Source: Picochlorum sp. SENEW3 (taxonomy: Eukaryota). Taken from it: a stretch of 64,000 nucleotides of DNA. The notes beneath the pieces are model-generated. The model saw only the letters and a list, made by a program, of their open reading frames with translations. It did no database searches and was not told where the DNA came from. Location: positions 1,302,001 to 1,366,000 of the forward strand of contig CP120454.1 in NCBI GenBank assembly GCA_034226945.1, read 5' to 3'. This document shows, piece after piece, positions 24,101 to 34,570 of this stretch. The number at the start of each line of letters is the position of its first letter. Position 1 is the first letter of the stretch. A program made the position numbers and the translations under genes.

Positions 24101-25743
24101 AAATCCTGCCTGAGAACATCATATGTAGTCAAGACAATATCTGCAACTGCCAAATCTTGTGGGCTGACGATAGCAGACTCTTTTGAACTCCACGGTTGTT
24201 CCTGACCAAGATATTTCATCACCTTGAGGGATCCAGGGATCACGTGCTTTTCTATCTCACCTTCCCACTGCGATAAGATGGATGCTGGGCAGACAACAAG
24301 TGTTGCATTGCTTTCAAGTATCTCCGTCTCCATCAATTCCTCGGATCGACATTTATTGCATACCCATTGCTGCTGCGCAACAATATCTCTCATTCCAACG
24401 CACGCAGCGTGGCTCCATACATTGCATCTATTGCACTCCACCAGAGGAGGAGCATTCACATCAAAACCAACCATGGTCTCAAACACCCCACACATACAGA
24501 AAATTTCCTTGATATCATCTTCCTCTTTCTTTTCAAAAACGGACGGATACGCTTCCTCAATATTTGTATTATTTTTCGGGGCAGGGTTTGCGGCAATCAG
24601 TGCGAGCATTTCGACCGTCTTACCCAAGCCCATTTCATCACAGGCAATACCACCTCGAGGCCCAACCTGATTGACCATTGGCTCCATGCGAAGCATCCCA
24701 GTAAACGCATTCACCCAAAACGCTGCCCCCTCGTCTTTCACAAACGTTCGTTGTTCACCCGCAATTTTCAAACACGGTACAGATTTCCAGAGAACATGCT
24801 CCCCATCATGTGACAGCGCCCCACAAAAGCTCCCTGGACTTTTCTCTCTCTGAATCATCCAATGCAATACTCGCTTTTGATATCCATGCAGCGTTGGTTT
24901 TAAAACAGGAATTGGATTCGGATACTCTATTTCATCTCCCCGAGGCTTGATGAGATCAAACAGCCCAGAGGCATCCAACTCTGCTCCTTCTGTACTGTTG
25001 GAGGAAGCCACAATTATTGGGTCACGAAACCCATCCTCACCTACAGTACCATCTTGAGTAGTATCTGAAACGCAATTCATTCCCCGAAGCACATCCAACA
25101 TTGCATGCGACTTTGGTTTGCCTCTTGCATCACCTGGATACGTTGAAAGGCCTTGAAATGCTTTTTGAGTGACACTAATCCCCAACCGACAAGCACCACA
25201 CCCCGTCGCTCCACCCGGAACCATCATGATTGGACCCAAAGAAATATAATCAGACTTTATCAATCGCAGTAAAGACTCCGAGCAAAAACACTGACGTTCA
25301 TGAGACATTGTGAGACGACATGAATTGCTTCCTATGTCTGTCTCCATCACAAGGCTACCCTTGCTAGTCTTTTGATCCGCAGAAGCATCCAACCGCACAT
25401 TCCAAACACGATCACAAGTACCTAGTCCATACACATCGGCATCTTGTATCGAAGAGACGCCCATATCCATCTCCAGAAGAGCAAAAAGGAATGGAAAATC
25501 ACCACCAATACTTTCATGAACACAGCACTTGTGCCACTCCCCGCCATTCTGAACCACATCTTTCACAACCTTTGTTTTCTTCAATCCCTTTTCATACTCT
25601 TGCTCATCCATTTGCGCAGCTTCCCATATAGAATCCACCAGCCCCTTCTTCCTCTGCTGTGGACTTGACTCACCACCGAGAGCAAAACCTCCTTCCAACA
25701 CTCTCTTCTTTGACACTGGCTTGGCTTGTTTCTTACGTACCAT
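21139..25743 (-). CDS. SHPRH: SHPRH-like SNF2 helicase / PHD / RING E3 ligase
   Basis: GGIACDEMGLGKTVE, PHD finger (CMC...CNRC...HAAC...CNKC), VVDEAQMV, LLRLRQACVHPQ, RING (CPVC...CGHVLC...CPTCR) and QAIGRVDRMGQ. Confidence 0.92.
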   Translation of the reverse strand: MVRKKQAKPVSKKRVLEGGFALGGESSPQQRKKGLVDSIWEAAQMDEQEYEKGLKKTKVVKDVVQNGGEWHKCCVHESIGGDFPFLFALLEMDMGVSSIQDADVYGLGTCDRVWNVRLDASADQKTSKGSLVMETDIGSNSCRLTMSHERQCFCSESLLRLIKSDYISLGPIMMVPGGATGCGACRLGISVTQKAFQGLSTYPGDARGKPKSHAMLDVLRGMNCVSDTTQDGTVGEDGFRDPIIVASSNSTEGAELDASGLFDLIKPRGDEIEYPNPIPVLKPTLHGYQKRVLHWMIQREKSPGSFCGALSHDGEHVLWKSVPCLKIAGEQRTFVKDEGAAFWVNAFTGMLRMEPMVNQVGPRGGIACDEMGLGKTVEMLALIAANPAPKNNTNIEEAYPSVFEKKEEDDIKEIFCMCGVFETMVGFDVNAPPLVECNRCNVWSHAACVGMRDIVAQQQWVCNKCRSEELMETEILESNATLVVCPASILSQWEGEIEKHVIPGSLKVMKYLGQEQPWSSKESAIVSPQDLAVADIVLTTYDVLRQDLYRNPDRTEGRRLRYEKRYHIMPTPLTRVKFWRVVVDEAQMVESSTAKATEMVMKIAATNLWCVTGTPISRGLEDLYGLFSFLRVDPYAQKGWWARLIQSPLESVEHGQSYQEALTRLVKLLKPSLGGLMWRSSKKDVSTELQIPPQRECLHRLDLSRIERHFYQRQHQACCGAAQKTLPKSVGGPKKAHTLGDTNAPANARIKDRFLTKKEERKLLHPLLRLRQACVHPQVGAGGLKSLAHIKTPMSMIQVLETMLNKAKIEAEDAQRLFLSTHNGLAGLKILQENFADAATHYREVLKVSQENEQFIKADKLQILHTVYNLVQILDKPGVGRSLQDDNLKSSIASLQKGYMAEPKTKLALAENELKDLSRDSKAIHKKFSQECSAAKDVMSYWWAEALLLLKEADKHEEFVQDLKEYLTQDEVYRHAASKNASNIASRFSDIFGLQVLLGQELSAQDEMRSEVVALLEYLGKRVSEEDQGLIDAAAHCGTCRSFNATGGIVCEHCHFDRKMIGWEVRLFTLVASARGKGTLSAENIAEAAHKQSLYRVGIGGVGEKSSLQGDGVQWKRSDNKVADSKVIRGPSQTEKVLKYLANFIKSISLRKEDSDEKRQFLLKAAKYHLDLMELRRREFIKVRALAVAQRQVLYSLDELNMCRMRMRLRLSTEHALSAEEERYTVHPFEIPERLVEFQTEHAIAQNDLQNALGTWKYLKSLEKLNSTHGTSNGDAPVKEQICPVCHDVVGHDLAMPPCGHVLCIPCNDIIVEKESKSRNERTMKCPTCRAVSAASETAVVTSTVPEGRTLVDGAWEGEEKIQVNGSFGSKIESIVRRVKIISESLPEDKMIIFSSWKDALDIVAFALEQNGVHHLYPKTGKKFDQAVSVFRNSSVHDSPRVLLLLLKQGGNGLNLQQLQHVVFVEPVLDPGEEAQAIGRVDRMGQKKQTFVHKYIVRESIEENVARISEQKKLSDGMKSKHHLSLGEVTALLN

Positions 25744-26137
25744 ATTTTCCTAGCTATACCGATACCGTATGCATAGTGTCGCTTCAAATTCTCTCTCAAC
25801 AACCGCAGAAAAGTTGTCTACATGGAACTGTCCTTCTTCTTTTGATTCATTCAGGCATGTTTTAGTGGGATATATGGGATTTATGAACAATATAATAATA
25901 GTATAGACGTACTTGGTCAACATAAGACTGCCTGGGAAAGAACAAACAAAAAAGTGTTCAAAGTATCGAATCAAGGAACTGAAGAGTCCTCATACCTGGC
26001 AATCACAGCACAAATGCATCCATACCGATCTATACAAAGATATAAACAACTACAAAGACCACTGAAGGGTACCAGGTGGTCAATCGGTTCACAAGGATAG
26101 TGGGCGTTGACGACACTGTTTCAATTTCAATCGAAGC

Positions 26138-27869
26138 ATGGTCGCTGAAAACAGGCAAACTGACCCCTGGGGACAGGTATGAAGTCAAAATTTATTGTTT
26201 TTATTTGGAATATATGCATGGATAGGCTTTAATCTGAGTAAGCCCTGATAAAGAAGGATGCGTTGACCAAGTTGCACTCCGTGGGTCTGACGTACGCCAT
26301 ATATGCGTGCAGATAGAGGATCTGGAAGGTAGAGCTCTATATGATGCCCTTCATGTGGAACCACGGGCGACAACGGCTGACATTCGCAAGGCATATAGAC
26401 AGCTGGCACGGGTACACCATCCAGATAAAGGGGGAGATGGGCGGGTGTTTTCAACAATTCGGCATGCCTATGAGGTTCTCACGGACCCTACCCGGCGGTC
26501 AGTATATGACCGATGGGCGAGAGAGTTGGAGTTTAGATACGTGCGACACACCACATCTGCTGCAGCGACAGCGCAAGGGGGTGAGGATGTTCTCTTGGAT
26601 GAATTCGAAGGCCTTGGTCTGTCATGTGACCCAGCAACCCAACTTGTCGTGACCTGTGAAGTATGTCGAAGGCCAGCGACGAAAGAGTGTTGGACCTGTA
26701 AAATGCAGATTTGCGAGTTTTGTACGCTGAAAAGGCATTGGAAAGATGGATATCCCTTGCATTGGCCTCTCATCAACTCTGACCACATGAGGGAGAAGTT
26801 GGCCATGAAGGAACTGGAACATAAAAAGAAGGAAGATGCTCGCCTCACGGATCAAGCAAATCCAAATTTCAGATCCGAAGCAGAGCTGAAGGATATTCGA
26901 GCATTCAAGGAAGCAGCCTATGAAATACTGGAACAGCACCCTGATACAGTCAAGAGATCACAGGTATATGATTTAAGACTCGCGAAATTTTACATGTGGG
27001 CTCAAACACCATCTCACATCATCATTGCGTGCAAAATCCCCACAGGGTATAGTGACACAGAGCTTGTGATTGAAATCAATGGCCATGTATTGGTCATCCA
27101 GGCTGAGAATTCTCCTCCTCTGATTGAAAGAGCTTTTGCAGAGCCTATCGACACGACACAGCCTATTGAAACTTTCAAGACGACAGATAACACCACATGT
27201 ATCCTATTAATTCAGAAACATGAATGGAATCATCACTGGCCCAAGCTGTTTGAAGGAGATAGTGATGGCAGCAGGTGCCTTGTTCCTGCATATGACATGT
27301 ACGAAGGTGAGGATGACGTCATTCTACAGATTGAACTACCATTCTGGATTGAACCAGAAGACGTTGCCGTAGATATTACAGAGCATGGTATTGATGTCAT
27401 GGTAAAGAATTGTGCACATGTTGCTAGACAGTTTTGGAGACATGCAGAGGAAGAAAGCAAACGAGATGACTATCGAGTAGTCAATGTCGAAGAATGCTCA
27501 TGGCATTTGGAAGACGATATCGACGCCTCTGGAGGAAAATGCAAGATTCTGTGCATCACGCTCATCCGTCCAGAACTCACTGACGATGAAATCAAATGGA
27601 AGAAGAGAGTGAGGCAAGATAATCGACAGGGCAAACGACGTGGTGGTGCCATCGATCGAAAAGGGTGGAGATTTTTCGCTGATGATGAAGATGAGTACGA
27701 TTTGGAAGACTACTTGCAGGCTCTCTGCCTGGTCAAAGGTGGCAAGACATTTGTTCCTGTCAAGCCATGGGATCATCAGGACAATCTGGAATCGAGATGG
27801 ACAACCAGCATGTATGAAATATCACCCCGTGCTCGTGAATTTGTATCAAAAATTCAAGATGAATCATAA
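26138..27869 (+). CDS. J-domain protein with a Cys-rich zinc finger and two CS/HSP20-like modules
   Basis: Exon 1 MVAENRQTDPWGQ (ATG 26138), intron 26177-26312. J domain with HPDK; CEVC...CWTC...CEFC...H; FYMWAQT and EGEDDVILQIELP resemble the starts of CS/p23 domains. Confidence 0.8.
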
Positions 27870-28000
27870 AGACCATGTAAAAAGACATGATGCGTCGATA
27901 TTATAGTACTCTTTCATACCCTATGCAATAGCACAGAAGCTTTGGTCGTTGTCAACCAACGACAAAGTACAAAGTGATATTTTGAGGGATTCTGATCGCC

Positions 28001-31000
28001 ATGGGGGATATACAGCAGACTAAAAATAATAAAAATACTCCAGCTCTGTCAGATATAATATGGAATGGCGAGGTGTTCGCAAAAGGAGTCGATCCCAATC
28101 GTCAGTGGCTGAATTTAAACATGGTGCCTCCAAAGATAAATGCAGCTGGGATGCATTTGAAAAGACTATGTGCATGTTCAAATGACTATTTCAGTGGGTT
28201 TCAGAGGGGAGAGGGGTGCTCTTGCTTTGGGCCCAAAGGGGTATTGTTGGCTAAGACGAAAACCTTGTACCTGTCCATGAACGACTTTGATAGCGTTGAG
28301 GGTATCGAGCGGTTTCGACAGCTCCGCTCGCTTTCTCTGTCGGATAATCTTCTTCGACGGGTTCCTCGAGGGTTGCGACTGCTCGTCGATCTGCGACGGT
28401 TGAACATGGCTGGTAATCCTTTTGAAGAGTGGTATTGGAGGGAAAAGGTGCTCTTCCTATGTCCACGTTTGGTGGAGTTGGATGGTACACGTATCACAGA
28501 CAAGGATAGAAAAGTTGCTATACGTCAATATAGGCAAGCATGTATGCTTTGGAGTGTACTGGGTTTGGTCAAGGCGTTGGCAGGAATACTGAGCAGAACA
28601 TCTTTTGAAATGCATGTTGCTGTTGGGTCGCTTTTTGAACTCAAAAGAGATGTATATCAATCTATTGGCCTAGATGATGAACACGTGGGAGAGGAAGATG
28701 ATACGCTCGAATTCTTTTATTGTGCGCTGAAACGGGCGACGGATGGTTGTCTGGCCATTGTACATGTTGGAGAGGATGATGAGTATCCATGTGTGTCTTC
28801 TTCTTGTGCTGATATGGTTGTATCGTGCGTGGATACGTGGAAGAAAATTGGATGGCATCCGTGGGAGGATGAGTTTACTTTGTTAGAATTGGTAGAAAGA
28901 TTGCGGAATGCATGGGAAGATGGAGATATGGGTGAGGTGGAAAGGGTTGTTTTTGACATGTGGTCAGAATTTTATGTGTTTGCATGCCATGTGAGGATAC
29001 ATTCAGACACAAATACAGACTCTATAGGCGGTGACACCACCATGCAGCATGAGCTGGAATGTCAAGATGATGTGGACGATATCGAAGAAGAAGAACAGCA
29101 GAGAGAAGAAGATTCTGAGAAGCGCAAGATTGAACAATGCATTGCTGAATATGCAAGGCTTCTGGACGAAAAAGATGCTATTGTCGCGCAAATGAAGATG
29201 GAAAAGGAATCTATGGAGGTCCAGAATAGTACATTGAAGACAGAGCTTGAGGCAGAGCGTGAAGCGGCGCACAAGCTGTGCATGGACAAACAGGAAATTT
29301 CTGTTGTTGTGCGTTCCATCCAGCAGAGTCTTGAAGAGAGCAACCAGGATCGAGAGAGGCTTCAGCAGACCATCAAACGTATGCAATGTGAGTTCAACAA
29401 ACAATTGGAAGAGAAAGAAAAACTGCAAGAAAAGTATCAGGAGCTGAAGCGGTTGCACATGGTTGTATCTGATGAAGCCGTGCACCGTTTGGAAGAGCAA
29501 AGGAGAAGCATGCTGGCCATGGAAAAAGAGATACATTTGCTCAAAAAGCAGCCTATTGCCCCAGTCAAAATTTCTATAGTATCACCGGATGTTACAGATG
29601 CACTGGAATCCAAAGATCGGCGTATATCTCTGTTACAAGGGCGCGTAGATGATTTGGAGATGTGGCAGACGCAGTTGGAGCAGGCACAAGCCTTCCGCAG
29701 TTCATGGGATGACGCTTCCTGGCAGAGGGGTCTTCAGCAATCTTTTGGTGCATGGAGAAAGCATTGCTATAGGAAATCAATCGTTGACAAGTTTGAAAAG
29801 CGCCTGTCCGCACTCTACTCCCTCATGAATAAGAAGTGCATCTTTGATGCTCTTTTGCTTTCCAGCACAAGATCCAAGCGCATCGATGGTATAGAAACAC
29901 AAAGGGAGCAGCATATACTTTACCGAATGATGATGGCTTGGAGATCACACGTGTCTACAAGCCGAGCGGTGAGAGAGCACGTTGAAAAGAGGGTAGCAAG
30001 GACGAAGAGGTTTGCTCTTGATGCCATGCATGTCAACCATCTAGAGTGGAAGCACAGGCTGCGTCAAAGTTTAGACAAAGCGATACAATTTCACAATACA
30101 TTGAATCAAAAGAGAGCTTTCTTGTCATGGGTGTCGGAGTGGAACGCATCAAAGCTCCAGAACTCTGCCAAACTCTACCAGCATGCCGCAGGCAATGCCA
30201 GTAAGACATCGAGGCAATGCCTGCTCGCGTGGAAAGACTCGGTAAAAGAGAGCAGATTGAATGAGCGAGCAATTCAAATGGATAGATATAGGACGCTGAA
30301 GAATAGCCTCAGGATACTGCGGGAATATGCATCATATCAGCTGCATTTGAGAGATGCATGCACCATACTGCAGAAGCATTGCGTTACCAATGCTCTTTCC
30401 AGACTCTGGAGTCACTGGAGACATGCTGTACATATATCTCGCGAAGAAATTCTAGAGTCGCGTCGACAAGACCTGAGTCGAATACTATGTTTATGGCGCA
30501 GCGAAACAAAAAAGTCAAAACAGAGCCTCACAATCCAATGGCAGTGCCTCAACCACTGGAGAGTCCAGGCATGGAATCACCTGAGGTCCACATACGCTAC
30601 CCAGAATCAAAACTATCACAGACTATTGTTGTACCATTACTTTATGCGTTGGAAACTCGCCAGGATACATACGCATCTGGAGCATGCCAATGCAACACTC
30701 CAGGCCAAGGATGTGCAACTTGGACAACTCACATCCCTCTGCAACTCATCTTTAGTGATGCACAGGACACGAGAGCGAACTATGAAAAAGCAAATGATAA
30801 AACTGAAGAAAGAACTGGCACATGCGCGTACAGACCTCGCCTTGAAGACAACAGAAGCAGAAGAAACAATGAGAAGACACAAGGCACTCGAGTCTCAACT
30901 GACACTCAGGTTGCGGGCAGCAGAGAGCATTAAGACATCCGCATTAACACGTGCCCAACTCTCCCAACATGAAAATATCGTTCTACATTCATTGATGACA

Positions 31001-31006
31001 GCATGA
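28001..31006 (+). CDS. Protein with leucine-rich repeats, coiled coil and Sfi1-like Trp repeats
   Basis: LRRs (LYLSMNDF, LSLSDNLL, LNMAGNPF) with an LRR cap (LVELDG), a long coiled coil, and repeats such as SFGAWRK, MMMAWRS, AFLSWVS, CLLAWKD and LWSHWRH. Confidence 0.65.
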   Translation: MGDIQQTKNNKNTPALSDIIWNGEVFAKGVDPNRQWLNLNMVPPKINAAGMHLKRLCACSNDYFSGFQRGEGCSCFGPKGVLLAKTKTLYLSMNDFDSVEGIERFRQLRSLSLSDNLLRRVPRGLRLLVDLRRLNMAGNPFEEWYWREKVLFLCPRLVELDGTRITDKDRKVAIRQYRQACMLWSVLGLVKALAGILSRTSFEMHVAVGSLFELKRDVYQSIGLDDEHVGEEDDTLEFFYCALKRATDGCLAIVHVGEDDEYPCVSSSCADMVVSCVDTWKKIGWHPWEDEFTLLELVERLRNAWEDGDMGEVERVVFDMWSEFYVFACHVRIHSDTNTDSIGGDTTMQHELECQDDVDDIEEEEQQREEDSEKRKIEQCIAEYARLLDEKDAIVAQMKMEKESMEVQNSTLKTELEAEREAAHKLCMDKQEISVVVRSIQQSLEESNQDRERLQQTIKRMQCEFNKQLEEKEKLQEKYQELKRLHMVVSDEAVHRLEEQRRSMLAMEKEIHLLKKQPIAPVKISIVSPDVTDALESKDRRISLLQGRVDDLEMWQTQLEQAQAFRSSWDDASWQRGLQQSFGAWRKHCYRKSIVDKFEKRLSALYSLMNKKCIFDALLLSSTRSKRIDGIETQREQHILYRMMMAWRSHVSTSRAVREHVEKRVARTKRFALDAMHVNHLEWKHRLRQSLDKAIQFHNTLNQKRAFLSWVSEWNASKLQNSAKLYQHAAGNASKTSRQCLLAWKDSVKESRLNERAIQMDRYRTLKNSLRILREYASYQLHLRDACTILQKHCVTNALSRLWSHWRHAVHISREEILESRRQDLSRILCLWRSETKKSKQSLTIQWQCLNHWRVQAWNHLRSTYATQNQNYHRLLLYHYFMRWKLARIHTHLEHANATLQAKDVQLGQLTSLCNSSLVMHRTRERTMKKQMIKLKKELAHARTDLALKTTEAEETMRRHKALESQLTLRLRAAESIKTSALTRAQLSQHENIVLHSLMTA

Positions 31007-31070
31007 ATTTACAGGGTTTAAAAAATTAGAAAGCATAAATTGTTCAAAATTCCTGGATGATGTGCATCAT

Positions 31071-32261
31071 CTACAGTGCCAATCGAGCCTTTTGCTTCTC
31101 AGAGGGCAGCTTGATGTTCGTTGCAAGACCACACGCTTCAAGGGCTTTAATCACCATCCACGTCATATCAAACTGCCACCATTCAAGCCCATGCCGAGCA
31201 GAAAACTCAAACGCATGATGGTTGTTATGCCATCCCTCTCCAAACGCAAGAATACCAACCCACCAGTTATTTCGCGACAAATCACCGGTATTATATGTCT
31301 GATTACCCCAGACATGTGCTGCAGAGTTCACAAACCATGTAATATGGTACACCCATACAATGCGGAGTGCACCTCCCCACACAACAGCAGGGAGCCCTCC
31401 AAGCGCATACAGCACTGCAAACTGAGCAGCCACGTGCCACGCATAATACTTTTCCAAATGTCTGTAGAATGGATCTTTGTACATATCCGATGCATTGGTT
31501 CTGTCATGCACTCGCTCCAGCGTTGTCTCGTGATCCAACAACCATCCCATATGAGACCACCAGAACCCTTCATATGGAGAATGTGGATCCAATGGCGTAT
31601 CGCAATGAAGATGATGATATCTATGGCTGGACACCCACTCGGCAGGATCTCCCTGCACTGCCAACACACCACAGTATGCAAGAACATACTCCAACCACTT
31701 TGGTGTCTGGAATGATCTGTGAGACAGCTGCCTATGGAACGAGAGGGTAATACCAAGGCATCCAGACACGAAATAGGACCCAAAGAACAGCCACACCATT
31801 GGCCAAGAGAAGGTCATTGGCGCCAGGCACGCCAACCCGTGCATGCCAAGCATGAACCCAACATAAATCAAATCATTCGTATTATACTCTCTGTTGAAGA
31901 AAAGATTCTTCTTCGGTAATCCATACACATCAGACATGAACACCTTCTTCGCCCCATCCTCATCCGCCTGAGCTTCCATCACAGGCTTTGGCACAGCCTT
32001 TCTCAGGTTCAACCCCTCTGTTGAATTGAACAACTGCTCATACTGCTTATTGTATGACAACTCTGACATCTGAGGTGGCTGAACATCATCCTCTTGAATC
32101 ACAGGAGTCTCTTCCAACCGCTGAGGAGACGCCACGCGCACTCTCGTCCTCCTCAACGCCCCCATACGCTGTCGAATGCTGGTCACGTGACCCTTCTCCA
32201 CCGCAACCGGTCTGGCAACCAGACTCCCCAGAGCCACAGTACGTGTCTGAACCAACGCCAT
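31071..32261 (-). CDS. Plastid acyl-lipid delta-7/delta-9 desaturase (FAD5/ADS-like)
   Basis: Histidine boxes HRQLSH, HRYHH and HNNHH; WFVNSAAH; transit-like N-terminus. Confidence 0.92.
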   Translation of the reverse strand: MALVQTRTVALGSLVARPVAVEKGHVTSIRQRMGALRRTRVRVASPQRLEETPVIQEDDVQPPQMSELSYNKQYEQLFNSTEGLNLRKAVPKPVMEAQADEDGAKKVFMSDVYGLPKKNLFFNREYNTNDLIYVGFMLGMHGLACLAPMTFSWPMVWLFFGSYFVSGCLGITLSFHRQLSHRSFQTPKWLEYVLAYCGVLAVQGDPAEWVSSHRYHHLHCDTPLDPHSPYEGFWWSHMGWLLDHETTLERVHDRTNASDMYKDPFYRHLEKYYAWHVAAQFAVLYALGGLPAVVWGGALRIVWVYHITWFVNSAAHVWGNQTYNTGDLSRNNWWVGILAFGEGWHNNHHAFEFSARHGLEWWQFDMTWMVIKALEACGLATNIKLPSEKQKARLAL

Positions 32262-32842
32262 AATTCCTTTTCAAGCTTTCAGAGAATTGTTCGTTTGTTT
32301 GGATAAATAAATGCGCCGACAGAATCAAAAACCCGCGTCTGTGGCGTCAAACTATCCTCAGAATCCGTAGATAACGTTCAGATAGACTCGACTGCACAAC
32401 ACCATACACGATCAATTCCAGATATAACTACCTCATGGTTACATATTTCCAATCAGACACCCACAGCCGCCCCTTTGGTTCAATTGAAGAAAAGGGATGG
32501 GCGAGACCGATGGATGACGACGCACTGACCCACCTTTCAGTATGCTTTCGAATCAATTAATGGTCCATATACCTCTTAATAGTCTCTTATAATGGTATAT
32601 GAAATGAATAAAATTATAAAATGCTGCTGTGGCTGGGATGCGAGGTGATACATTCGCTCCGTAGAGACACGTGCATGCAGAATTCTGCACCAGCACATGT
32701 GCTGTGTGTACAGGAGCCATGTGACATGGCAGTCATCATCTCAGCATGTGGGGTTGCCTTCCTGGAAGGGACAGACAACCTTTTGTATGCCACATAGTCG
32801 TTCTGGTTACATCATTATTCGGTTTGTGTGAAAATTTCATTA

Positions 32843-34570
32843 TTATGCAGGCATGACTTGAATGTGGAATGTCTTTTGTGTGGCATGATCCTTTGTGGAT
32901 GATGATGTGGCGTCGTCGTCGGATTGTGGTTGCTCCAACACGTTTTCTTCTTCATGGTGAACACCACCAGCGATGAGTACAATCCATGCCGCCAATTTCA
33001 TGGCGGCAATGTGCAGCCAGAGTCTCCATCGCTTCATCCTTGATTTCATCACACCAACATACTCTACTCGCTTGTTGCTCTGTGTCTTCACCTTGAGTCC
33101 TTTCAACGCTTCGACGGCATTGACACGTAATCTATCCGCAATGTTCGTGCCAAGTCTGGAGCACGTGTGTCTGACAATTGTCATGGCTCTCAGGCAGTCT
33201 GCAAGGTCCTGAGGGCAGGATTTCATGGCATTTCTGATATCCTGCATCCCACCGAATCCTACCTTGTTTCTAGCTTTCAGTCGTTCTTCTGGAGTCATCG
33301 TATCCCAGTCTCGAGGTTTCAGCATGGCAGGGAGCACTCTACCTGTCGTCTCCCCTGCCAATTGAATTGCAGCTGTAGTGGCTGTGGCAGCATCATTCAG
33401 CACAAATGCACACCACATCATACAGTATAATAATCGCATATCAGATGGTAAGTTAAAGTACAGTCCATGATCGATAAGGACCAATTGAGGGCGTGGGTGT
33501 CGGCGCCATGGTGTCAAAATATTTGATGATGGGGGCAATGCTCTGACAAAGACATTTCCTGGGTGCATATCTCCATGAACAAAACCATGGGAACACATCA
33601 TCTCAGCTGCAACACCCTGAAACAGTAACGCAACTTGTCGTGGAGATAACCCTGCTTTCTTCAACTCTTCTTTATCGCTCACTTTAATACCCTGTATCCA
33701 TTCCATGCATAAAAGGCGCTTTGAAGACCACCTAGGAAACAACCTAGGCACCACAATATCATCTCTGTCTGCGAAGCAAATAGCCAATCGAGCAGCATTA
33801 TCTGCTTCATTTCTAAAATCTAATTCTTCGGATAACTTCTCTCGAATCTCTTTCAAAAACCAACGCCAATCACTGACTCTGAACACAAGTGTTGCAAACC
33901 CAGCAAGCAGTGTCATTGCTGCCAAATCAGCGTGTAGTGCGCTCTCCAAACCAGGATACTGAATTTTCACAGCAACATCTGTTCCATCCTTCAGTCGAGC
34001 TTTATGAACCTGTGCCAACGACGCCGCCGCAGTGGCTTTTGACTCAAACGCTTCAAATACCTCTTCCACCTTGTGACCCAACTCAACCTCCAAAGCTTTC
34101 TTAATCGCTACAAATGGCCGCGGCGGAACACTGTCTTCCAACTTTTCCAACATCTCTCTATACTCTGGAGGAAGCGTGGTCAGGGATGCCGCCGTCTGAC
34201 CCGCCTTGACATACACACCTCCATTCTTTTGACACACCCGCAGCAATCCATGTGCCACCTGTCGATGCATCTTGCTCATAGCGTCTTGATACATCTCCTG
34301 AAACGAAGGATGAGAAGAATACTTCCATGTATAATATAATGTAAACCGTTTATATCGATATGCAGACCGAATCCCCCACAAGACCATTCTCACAATACGA
34401 GGACCAGCTTTCACAATCTCAAACCTAGACCCATACGCCACCACAAGCCCAACCACCACCACTACCAGCATGGCGATATCAAACACTGCCATCCCATCAA
34501 TGATGATGGGATCCAGATGCACATGCTGGGTGTTGCCAGTAAAGGCAATGTCACTCAAGCCCCATGCCAT
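32843..34570 (-). CDS. ABC1/UbiB atypical kinase (ADCK-like)
   Basis: NGGVYVKAGQ, AAASLAQVHKA, VAVKIQYP, EELDFRNE, HGDMHPGN and LIDHGLY motifs. Confidence 0.93.
   Translation of the reverse strand: MAWGLSDIAFTGNTQHVHLDPIIIDGMAVFDIAMLVVVVVGLVVAYGSRFEIVKAGPRIVRMVLWGIRSAYRYKRFTLYYTWKYSSHPSFQEMYQDAMSKMHRQVAHGLLRVCQKNGGVYVKAGQTAASLTTLPPEYREMLEKLEDSVPPRPFVAIKKALEVELGHKVEEVFEAFESKATAAASLAQVHKARLKDGTDVAVKIQYPGLESALHADLAAMTLLAGFATLVFRVSDWRWFLKEIREKLSEELDFRNEADNAARLAICFADRDDIVVPRLFPRWSSKRLLCMEWIQGIKVSDKEELKKAGLSPRQVALLFQGVAAEMMCSHGFVHGDMHPGNVFVRALPPSSNILTPWRRHPRPQLVLIDHGLYFNLPSDMRLLYCMMWCAFVLNDAATATTAAIQLAGETTGRVLPAMLKPRDWDTMTPEERLKARNKVGFGGMQDIRNAMKSCPQDLADCLRAMTIVRHTCSRLGTNIADRLRVNAVEALKGLKVKTQSNKRVEYVGVMKSRMKRWRLWLHIAAMKLAAWIVLIAGGVHHEEENVLEQPQSDDDATSSSTKDHATQKTFHIQVMPA

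Noticed and set aside
26177..26312. Box C/D snoRNA in the J-protein intron
   Set aside because: No convincing C box, and the last CTGA is better explained as the CTGAC branch site.
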